A DNA stretch of 64,000 nucleotides from Klebsormidium nitens (lineage: Eukaryota > Plantae > Klebsormidiophyceae): contig DF236997.1 in NCBI GenBank assembly GCA_000708835.1, positions 217,608 to 281,607 of the forward strand, read 5' to 3'. The notes below the pieces were generated by a model that worked only from the letters and a program-made list of their open reading frames with translations, did no database searches and was not told the origin of the DNA. This document shows positions 1 to 11,300 of the stretch, piece after piece. A program made the position numbers and the translations under genes. The first letter of the stretch is position 1. Every line of letters begins with the position of its first letter.

Positions 1-2381
1 ACTCAGCTCTCCAATCGTCAACTTCAGCAAATGCGAACAAAGCCCAAAGCAATGAAGACTACAGGGTGGGAGTTGCATCCCATTGCAGGCATGTGGAATG
101 TGTTTGCGGGTCGTGCGGTGCCTATTCAAGTTTATGTCATCTGATTCAAGCTTTCGCCCTTTTCATGTTGTAAACACAACTTTTATAAAGTCAGTACATG
201 AATCTTTTGAATGGGAGCGTGTGATGATTATAGAACGTCATCACTTGTAACTCAGAATGGTACGGCTCTGACTTGGCTTGGCTTGATCAAACATTATGAG
301 TCTTTGACGGTACCGTTGGTGTTCTTGAGCATTCTTGAAACGAGATTTACTGCCTTTAACGAAGTGTACAGACCCATCCTTAGACACACAGGCTCACCGG
401 CTCTACTTCATTTCACGTGACTACAAGCTGTAGCCTGCAGCCTCGTAGCCCATGCCTTTTGCAATACATTGGAGTTTGAAACGTGTGTTTTCGTATGGTT
501 CTCCGGGAGCTAAAGTACGTCGAAGATGGTAATAACTTCTAAACCTCGTTTTTCATTGTCCTTAGCTAGCTAAAATGTTGATATACTGGTAGGTTGGCAT
601 GTTCTCTTGTTCCCTTTTTTCAAAACGCAATAGCCACTGGCATGTCCACACGGGCCATAGATGTATGATTATCATGGATATGGAGCTTTCGGAGGACTTA
701 TATATCTGGATATGCACTCCCTTCAACAACAAACCTTTAATACAAGCACACAATAATATCAGCGACTCCTCAAGCTGGCTTAGCATTAATGAGTCATTGG
801 AATGGGACTTCTTATAAATTGACCAGATTAAAGATCCTTTGGCGAAGTGGGTCACCCGCTGGTGTAGAGGTATATGGTTTAATGAGTTTTATATGAGTAG
901 ATACGCTAAGTTCTAGTACCGCTTCAATCTACGATCAAACGGGAAGCCAACGGAATTGCGGGCGCCCCGCCGGCGGCCCTTCTTGCAATAGAGTTACGTC
1001 GGAGACGGGTTATCCTTTTAACTTTCCAGTTGCTGCAGCGTAGTCCGAATTCGTCATTGAATGATGTATTATTAGTAGAGAAGAGGTCAACATTGCACTT
1101 GGCGCCACTGAGCTAGACAAATTGGAAATTTGATTCATCCAGCATGTAAGCATGCTTGCAATGATAGGTAATGTTTGGATGCTTGATTGGATGCTGTAGG
1201 TAGTATGATCTAGGACTTAAGGGAAGACTTGTGGCCGTAGCAAGCTGTGGAGTCAACTCACTATTGTACCCCGGACTCACCGAGCTTTCAATGCTCACAG
1301 TGGGTTAACAATAGTAAGCGACCTTCAGTGAATCCGGCTCTGCCATTCGTATTGTATGCCGTGGAGCCCTTTCAAGGCCTATAGTGTACACTTCACACGG
1401 CTATGGCGCAATGAACAAAACTTGTACCGAATGAACAGTTGACAAAAGACGTCTAGACGTGCAAAGAACATAGTTTTTTTTATGCGAGTGAATTTTGCGA
1501 ATGGTCAAGTCCAGGAAGCCAGGATGACAGGAGACCTGAGGATAGTACGGTTGAATACCTAGGAGGTGAGCACTGAGGACTCGAGTGTAAGAAGTGTCAC
1601 TTGACTCACTTTCGTTATTTCTTTCGAATCATCAGTGGTACTGTAGTACGGCGTGTGAAAAGAGACCATCATACCTAGGTACATTTCGAAAACCGTCTTT
1701 CGATTCACCATCGATCCTTGATGATTCTGGAAGCGGCAGCGTCCAGCAAATGCAGGAAGTTACAAGTTGGACGGCCAGGATCTGCCTACATTGGCGGTCA
1801 ACGGGTCCAAATCCGTCTTGCAAACACCGGTTCCCAGACTGTCTTTCCTCTGGTAATCCCTGTACATGATATCCGACGCAACGAAGGTTTGTATTCTCGA
1901 CCACACTGCTCGACAGAGCCGCGTCGATGTGCCGGCTGACGTGCGTTACGTGCGTCCTCAGACTGCAACATTCACCGCCCGCAACAAGGGCGACACGTCA
2001 TCGCGTCCCTCCGATTCAAATGTGGCGAGAAGGCTGCCCAGTGCAGTCCACGCGTTGACTAGCCTTGGCTTCGAGTTTCAACATGCCCAGATCTGCAGAC
2101 CAGGTTCGGAATCGGGGTTACGAGTGAGCTAGGAAAGTGCTCTGCCAGGACAAAGCCTAACCAACGGTTTTGACGACTAACCTGCTCCGGCCCGGATCAC
2201 CCGATCTCGTGCGCCTCTTTCGAAAAGGACTCGCACTCGCAGCATGCACTGTGGAACAGGAAAGGATGCAGACAGGAGCCTGAGAGTAGGTACGGTAAGC
2301 CAAGGCGGCCAGCTTCTGGCAACTGCGTTAGAGCTACAGCAAGTTGTAAGATCTGGTTGAGCAAGGCGAGCAGCTGAGATC

Positions 2382-5300
2382 ATGGCCGCACCAACTTGCG
2401 GCCTGAGGGCAGCGCTCTGTTTAGCGGTGGCATTGCTTCTTTCCTCCAATGCTGTGGCGACCAACATTTTGTTGTTTACAAGGCAGGCAGGGGAAAAGCA
2501 CGAGGCAGTGGTTGAGGCCATTACAGCTTTGACTGTTGAGGGTCTCAAGAGGGGGTGGACAGTGGTGGATTCAAACGATAGCTCGATATTCACGCCAGAC
2601 AAACTGCGAGGATATGATAGTGTTGTCTTCCTGCTCACAAGTGGGAATGTCCTTGAGCAAGCCGAACAGCGAGAGGCGCTGAAGGCGTACGTCAATGAGG
2701 GGGGTAGTTTCGTTGGTGTTCACTCCGCAGCGGACACTCTCGCAGACTGGGACTGGTTTGGGGAATTGCTGGGGGCACGGTATCTCAATAGCCCCTCTGA
2801 CAAGGATCAGCAGGCCACAGTCATCGTCAGTGACAGGTATTGCGCGCCTGCTGGTTGTCCAGATCTATATCAGCGCTTCATGTTGCATACTGGTTTGTAG
2901 TCCCTTTCTTGTGAGGTCCACGAGGTAGAGTCGTGCTTTTCGAGAGTACTTTCAAGCAGTCTGGCCAATCTACATGTTCAAGCTCAAGCTCTGTGGGGTC
3001 CCAGAGTGGTTCGCCATCATCGTTTCCCTGATTGAAACACTGAAGCTTTCTCTCTTTGCAAGTTTGCACCACCAGAGCTTCTTTAGAAAGCAATCAGTGA
3101 TCGCCTTTCTCTGAAATTGTCTGGCTAAGGCTGGTTCCGCTTCATGCTGGTTCAACTAGTTTTTACATGGTGCTTGAGCTGTCCTTAGACTCTGCCCGGT
3201 TATTTTTCTGGCCAATGACTGACGTCATACTACTGAAGGAGTGGTGTCACAATCACTGGTCTTGCTTTGGCATGTTACAGCAAAGGGGTGGTTCAGTCAC
3301 TTAACATACTTGACCAGTAATCTTAAGGTACCCCGTTGGAAAGGCACCAGCTTTGACGTTAAACACGTTCCTTGTGAGCCACGGCACTTTAAACAAGGCG
3401 CCAACTATGAAATGTTACTCTGAAATCTCTCTCAAGGTGAGCGCAATCTGCGCTTTTGCAGACAACATGTCGCAATCTATTACTATAGGGAAGGGCTATG
3501 AAGATAATTAATTGATCCTTCTACAACCAGTATTGAAACCACTGTCGCTCGTGTCTCAATCATTTTGAAGGTGAAAGCTGACTCCCATGACTCAACACCC
3601 TGCACATTTCAGGTCCGAAGTTGACCTATTCTTTCGAGCCAGCATTCACGACAAGCCGCCAAGAACTGAGGCTTGGTTTCCCGTGCAGATTTCACCCTGC
3701 GTCCGCAATTCTCCCGGAGCGGTGGTCTGTAGCAGATGAGTGGCTTACATTCGACCACAACCCGGTGGGGAAGGTCCACGTGCTCGCACATGTTGATGAG
3801 AAGACGTACTTCCGGGATCAGCCGGACGGCAGCATGCACTTTGATCACCCCATCGCCTGGACGCACCGGTGAGCAACTGTTTATCAAGTTTCCTTGAAAG
3901 CAGGATGTTGCAATTCTTTGGCCAATGGTGAAGAACCCATGGGGGATTGAGAGCAGTGTCCTGAAAGGCCAACAGTACTCATATCAGTCAATTACATCAT
4001 ACCAGTCAGTCAATGCCAGTGTCGCTTGCGCTGGTCTGTCACACACGTATGTATACTATTGACTTCATCAACGCCCACATGCATGCATGATAGGCAATTA
4101 TTTTCTGACTTGATTGATTGCAGAATCTGATATGTGTCTGCCTGATGATGAGTGATTGAATGTCAGGCCACTGGTTTGTTCTTGGGGCAGTGCCCCCCTG
4201 TCATCCTGGACATTTAGCCTGCAGCTCCACAAAATCAGCCAGTTGGGCCCAGTTGGGGTCCTTCTCCAGACGTTGAGATGCCATCCGAGTGCAACTGCCG
4301 TTACTTGAGTGCAATTTAGCACTGGGACAGGTGGTGCAGTGAAGAAGTTTACCGTGCGTGCCCCACAGGATGCAGGAGATGTACCCTGTTAATCAGAGGT
4401 TCAACTTTTGAAAGTTGTAGGTTGCCTTACCCTCAACAGGATGTTCCACATTACCTCCCTTCTCTCCATTTTTGTCTCCATTAAGATATGTTTGAAAGAT
4501 TGTGAAGAATTGAAGTCAGGAAGCTGATCTCCCCCTATTCACCTCTCTCGATACTCCCAACTCTACATCCTCTCGCTTGCTTGAATCTGAACTGTCAAAC
4601 CTTTCCTCTTGCAGGCCGCTCGCCTCTCGCGCTTTCTACACCGCCCTTGGCCATAGCTCGGTGGCCTGGGCAGACCCCTTGCTGGTGGATCATGTCATTG
4701 GGGGGATTGCCTGGGCTGCTCAAGCAGAGATGGCCCACCCCCCCAGTGCTGTGCGCGACACCCGTGCGCGCATATTGTGCGAGAAGCATGAGCAGGAAAT
4801 GCAAGCGCAGAAAAAGCAGAGGGAGAGCCGGTTCCTTGCCGAGGACGACGGCGCTGCGGGGCTTGACACCAGTTTCCAGAAGGACGCGCTCTACAGCTTC
4901 AATCAGGGCGAGCAGGTTGGTGCTGAGGGGCTTCAATTTTCAACTGTGCGCTCATGTTGGAAACTTCTACCAGCTTCATGTAGAGGATTGAAATTCATGT
5001 GTGTTCATTTACTTCCAGAGGTTGTTGCCTCCTCTGATTTTTGTGGTGCCTTGCGGTGCGCACCTTTTGTGATCTTTGATTGACAGCTAAGAATGTGGTG
5101 TTCTTTTGGGTGAACCAGGCAGTGGAATAAAGTAATCAGACTCAGTCAAAGGCAGAGTCAAGGAGACGAAGACTGGTTTATGTTGGACGTACGCCCCCAT
5201 CCTGTCAAGTAGGCACAGTACATTTGTTGTTCCGGTTTCGGTCCTCTGCTGGCCAAGAGCACCTTTTGATCGCAACATAGATGCCAACCTTGGCATCAGA

Positions 5301-8300
5301 TGACTGAACCTTGTGTCCTATCTGCAGCCCATGAATCTGGCTGTCCTCCCTGATGGACGCGTCCTCTTGGTTGTCCGCAACGGGGCCCTCCTGCTCTACA
5401 AACCGGATGTGAACACGGTCGTGCTGTGTAAGTCGTCTCTTCCTTGATAATCTGGTTTGATATACAAGCCCGACTCGGCCTTGAAGTCCTGCCAGAAGTC
5501 CTGCCAAGATGCTCAATTGGTTCTTTATTTTTCTCTTCTCCCGTTGGAATTCTGACATCCCTCTGCTTGTGTCCGGATGTTCAACGTTGTTCCGGTTTCC
5601 TTTGAGATCCGAGCTTGACATGAAAACACAGTGTGTAAAAGTCCGTGTGTAAGATTTCAAATGAATAACCTGGCCCTTTGCTATACGTTGTGATGTTTAG
5701 ATGTATGGTGAAAAGCGGCTCGCAGCCAGACGAGTCACTCAGAGAACTATCTGGACATCCGCCTTTTCGTAAGCAATCAGGAAAACGGGAGCCGGGAACC
5801 TCACCAACGAGGATGGGCGTCTTTAAGACGTTTGAACAAGCTTCGACGCACGTGGCTCCTTGTCCTGCGAAAATGTATCCGACTTTTCACCCTGGGAATG
5901 CTCCAGTGTAAGTGGCAGCTTTGTATGGCGAAGGATCTCCGACCATTTATTTTATGCCCTTCTCCCACAGGTGGTCGCTGGAACGTGACCAACAGCAACG
6001 AGGATGGGCTGCTGGGCGTGGCGGTGGACCCCAACTTCGCCAGCAACGGCTTCCTGTACGTCTATTACTCACCGATTGCGCTCGTCAATCCGACGCAAAA
6101 CGTGCTCTCGCGGTACACGATGCGTGGGGACGAGGTGGACCTTACGACTGAAGTACGCATGATCTCAATCAGGACCCAGGTGAGGACTGCTGGCCGGTTC
6201 CTCGGTGTCGTGTTCAAAAGCTGATTCGTTGGCTCGATTGGAGATGGTTGCACTGGCGGCCTTTGAAGGTCTTTACTTGGATCCCGGAACATTTTTTCTT
6301 TGCTTATGTAGCTTGTGTGATTGGGCTGGATAAGCGAATGGCTCGTTTATCCATTGCCCCTCAGTAAAACTCGTACCACCTTTCTCTGGTGGATTTTCCC
6401 GAGTGATCTGTGTAGTTTTCCACGCATGCGTGGTCAAGTCCAGTAGAGTGCGCGCCTGTGATTCGCCTGTCGGTTGGACAAACAACACCGAAAAGCGACA
6501 ATAGTCCGTTCCGCTCGGAGTACTGGGAGTACGTACGGACACCCTAGGAACAGCGGCTTCTGAATGAGGGCTCATGTTCGCTGCTTGTAGGGTTGATGTC
6601 GGTCGGCGTGATTAGCCGCGCTTCGGTTTAGTTGTCACTGTGTGAGTGGGGTCTCTTTCTGCGCACTGGAGGCGAAGCCTACCATCGGTTTGCAGTTCCT
6701 TGCACTTAGAAATTTGTCTCTTGTGCAGCGCCTGGCCTGCTGCCACAGCGGAGGCAATGTCAAGTTTGATACGGCCGGAAACCTCATCCTCAGCGTGGGG
6801 GACAATACCTACCAAATGTGAGCCGCTCCTAGCTGTCAGAAACTTCGTGCCTGTTGTTATTTTTGTTTGATTGTTGATGCCTGATCTTCGAATCTGAATC
6901 GGCGGTGCAAGCAGGCAGTGCATCTGCGTTCTGCATGGTGACTTGTTTGTATGGACGCGTCTCCAGGGTTTTCAGCCAACTCAGACACATACACTGCGGA
7001 AACAAAGCCTGTCGAAGTTCTGTAAAGTCAGCTCAGGGCCCCATAAGAGATAAAGTTCAAAATTACTTGTACTTTTGCGACTGGCTGGGGTAAGGATGCA
7101 CGGCTGCTAATCAGGAAGGAGGCGGCCCCTGTGCACGAAGAAGCCGAACTTGCGCGCCAGCCGCTCGTAGCTCGTTCTGAACCCAGGGTTGTATCCGTTC
7201 TGCTCGACAGAGGTTGGGCGCCCACGGATGTCCGCCCCGGCTTCTCAGTGATGGACTCCCAGAAGAGTGCGGCCAATACGAACGACCTGCGGGGGAAGCT
7301 GCTGCGCATCACGCCGAACGGCACCAACTATACCATCCCAGCAAACAACTTGTTCCAGGCAGATGCAACCCACAAGTAAGTCTCTGCTTTTGCTTCTACT
7401 TTTTGGTATTCAAATGACGGGCAAGTGGTTGATGGTGCTTCCTGCTGCTGGCTCAAAGTCGATCTTTACGCCTTCAAGGCAAAGTGACCCAGAGCAAAGT
7501 GACCTCAGACTTCTGCCCAGTTCTTGCCGGTGGGACTTGGACGGACTTCTGTGATGACGCATTTCTCCGTGCTGCCGTCCGTTTACAAACTCCTGAATAC
7601 GCGCCTCCTCTCTTGCTGCTTCTGCACAGTGGAAGCCTGTGCCGTCAGAAGATGAAGGACGAGTCTTGTTCCGCTGTTCGCACTGTCATTCACATTCCTG
7701 GACACGCCTTGTAATTGAAGGTTCTTGGTTCATCTACGTCCCACCAACAAAATAATGATACTTGCAAGTAGGAAGTTTGGAACTTAACTTGCCTTCTTCT
7801 CACCCGCAGGGGCGAGATCTACGCAATGGGCCTGCGCAATCCGTTCCGCTTTGCGGTGGACCCGCTAACCAACGACGTTTGGTGGGGGGAGATCGGGCCC
7901 GACGAGCTTGCCACCGACCCAACGAGGGGACCCATTGGCATGGACGAGATCAACAAGGTCAAGTACAACGACCCCGGGAATTACGGCTGGCCCTACTGCC
8001 TAGGGCCCAACATGCCGTACGTAAAGTTCGACTACGTCAAGCAAGCCACTCTGAATGTTCCGTACGATTGCGCAAACCCGGAGAACGACTCGCCCAATAA
8101 CACGGGGCAGAAGACAGGTGAGGCGAGCTGGGGTGGTCCAGAGGACGAGAATCGTTTACCTGCTAGTGCACTGCGCTAATAATGGATTCTAAATCTTGAG
8201 CAGCAGGCTATATACCAATGACAGCGTTCAAAACCCCTGCAGAATTGTAGGCGCCTCGTTTCCTGCAGTTAAAGCATTTTTTACGAAAGCTTCTAGATAC

Positions 8301-11300
8301 AGTCGTTTTTGCTGGGAGTGTATGCACCGCTTCTTGAGGCCTCAACATACCAAGCGCTTTCCTTCTCTCCCCATCTCTTGTCCCTGTCACTGTCTTCTTA
8401 TCCGCCCACCTTCTTCTGTGCCCCAGGGCTGCCCCCCTCGCGCGCGGCCATTGCGTACTACACCTACAACAACAGCACGGACTTCCCCCAGTTCAACCCG
8501 GACGACACGTCTAAAGTGCTGGGCCGCGCCGCCATCGCGCCCTTCTTCTACCGCTACGGCGTGAGCGTCAACGCGAGCGCGCCCTACGCCCTGCCGCAAT
8601 ACTATGACAACTCGCTCTTCTTCTTTGACTGGTTCCGGTGAGTCAAACAAAACCTGCTTTTGATTCAGAGTGGCTGATTGGTTTGGAAGTTTGGTCTCCC
8701 CAGTCTTTGTTCAATTTCATGCGGTAGCAATCATGGTGATCATGATCGTTTTTCAAATGTTCAGACTGCCTCAGACTTCCTCGCTGCATTACAAGTCTAG
8801 TGTAGATCTTGGTTTGTCACCTGTCTGAAAGCTTGTACTCAAGTAACTCTGTGTGAACACGACTGTTGTCTTCTTTCGGCCCTGTTACAAACGCAGCGTT
8901 CTGCTCCCTCTGCAGGGACTATGCGCGGCTGCTCAAGATGGACAGCAACGGCACGCTGCTGAGCATCACCAAGCTGTGGCCGACCTTCTCCTGGAAGTCC
9001 GTCATGGACATGGCGATCGCACCCGACGGCTCACTCTACATCATTGAGTTCGGGGACGGCTTCAACCTGATCGGCGCGCAGCTAAGCCGCATGCGCTACC
9101 TGGGCGCGCCAAACCCCATCAGTTGCCAGGTGGCAGCGACATCTACCTCGGGGCAGGCGCCGCTCACGGTCAAGTTCTCCACAGACGGCACCACGTCCAG
9201 GTGAGCGGCAAAGCGGGGGAACGAATGAATTTCTCGGTGAATGTTCGAGTGAATGTTCGAGTGAAGAGTTCGTGGTCGTTTGGGGCGCCTAGTCGGAGAA
9301 CCGGTGCTTCTGATGCTTCTGATGCAGTGGAATGTGCTTTGCGCCTATTTGTAACAGGGGGCTTGGGTCAATAACAAAAACCCAAAAACAAAAAGGGTCG
9401 CGAAAGTATAGATTATAGGGAGGACGACACGTCACGCATTTGCGAAGGCTGTTTTCAGAAGCGAACCGCAAAGATGCGGTTGAGCTGCTTCGAGTCATTA
9501 AACCTTTTCCCTAGCCCTTCAGGTCCCTGATAGTAGGTCTTGGCTTCTAAGCCTGACAATTCTCATTTGCAGCGACGGGCTTCCGCTGACGTACTTCTGG
9601 GACTTCACCTCCAACGGGACCGTCGGCGCCACCAGCGCGAACCCGACGCACACGTACATGCGAGAGGGCGTCGCGGTCGCGACGCTAACGCTCAAGTCGT
9701 CGAAAGCGACAAAGTCGTGCACGGTGCCCATCGACGTGGCGTCCAGCCTCAACAGCCCGCCGCAGGTCACAGTGGATTATCCGTTCGAGGGGGGCATCTA
9801 CACCTGGGGCGACGTGATCGACTTCTCGGTGAGCCTCCATTGACTTCGGTTCCGACCTTAGCTCCGTATCAAGACTCAGGATTGCATGTGAGAAGCGCTT
9901 TGATTTTTTACCGCTTCAGGGAATGCCGTGAAAATCGTATACATCTAGTCGGAAGCTTCGCTAGTGCCGTTGCTGAGGAGCAAACGCGACGTGCATCTTT
10001 ATCAACCTTCTTTCCTGCTTCGTCGAGGAGCGGATACAGATAGGCAGTCTTTAGCGGCCTCCTCCTGTACCCTGATGCGATTCTGGATGGGCGCAGATCC
10101 AAACGGTGGAACCTCTCAAAATCCTAGTGGTAAAATCCTGTTCATCTCACCCTTTCCTACTCCTGTTCATCTCACCCTTTCCTCCCCCCCCCTCCCCAGG
10201 TGTCGGTGATTGACAAGGAGGACGGCAGCACAGCGGACGGCGGCATCCCGTGCTCCAATCTGCAGGTGACACCTGGCCTGGGCCACTGCCCCGGCCGTCT
10301 GGCGCCCTGCCACGTGCACAACAGCATTGCCAACTACGCGTGCAACGGCACCTTCGGGCCAGTCGAGGACGAGCACTCGTGGGAGAAGTTCTACTACTTC
10401 GTGCAGGCGCTCTACCCCGACCGGTAAGCACCCACCGGAGGCGGTTTCTAGATTGCGGCCTTCGCGTCCATGAGCAGGTCCTCAGTTGGGAGACTTCCAT
10501 TGCGTTTCCACTTTCTGCCAGTGGTTTTCCGCGCGTTCAACGCTGTCTGGGCTTTGTATGTTACGCGCTCTTGTGTCCAATCTGAGGTCTCTTCTTCTTG
10601 TTCCCGCTTCGTGTCTGGCGCAAGCGGATGCCATGATTGTCTCGTGGTATCGTTCTGTATCGAGTCTTATTTGTCGACGGGGCTCCGTTTGTGGCCTGGG
10701 TTCTCTCAGCGGCAGAAGGAGCAACTACATGCGCTTGCAGTACTCAATAAAGTAAATCTTGAGAGGACCAGGTTTCTTGCCATTCGGTTTTGCCCTCGAA
10801 GCTGGGAACTTGCAACGTGTCAATCTCCGCATCCCCTTCGTCGACAATCTGACCGCAGTGTTTGCGTTTCTCTGGTGCAGCGGTGGTGCCAACGGCTCCG
10901 CCCCCATGATCGGGCTTACGTTTGCCCAGCTGAAGCCGTCCGTCTGGCAGTTGGAGTTCTTCGATGGCTCGGTAAGCACTGCTGCCATTTGCAACCCTGT
11001 CATCTGACATCATTCAGGAAAAGGGTGCACACCGTCTAAGCATGGTCTTCTTCACTGAAATCTGTGTCTACGCCGCGTTTTGTGGCGTGGCCAGAACAAA
11101 ATGCAAATGCATCGGGCCTTTCCAACTTGCAGTGGGCGGAGGTAAAAGGAGCCTTTGACATTGCCCTTGCATACCATATTCTCCTGGCTGTCTGTTTAGC
11201 CCATCTGCTAATGTGTCCCCTTCTACCCAATCTGCAGGTTGAAAGCCCCGTCTGCTGACGTGCCCTCTTGACTTCAAAGTTAGAGCGTAGGATGGACCCA

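Noticed and set aside
211-900. Short ORFs, one with an ETRF motif suggestive of a hAT transposase remnant
   Set aside because: A four-residue match with no other transposase motifs or TIRs.
2177-2695. 172-aa minus-strand ORF
   Set aside because: Antisense shadow of the ThuA exon; no recognisable motifs.
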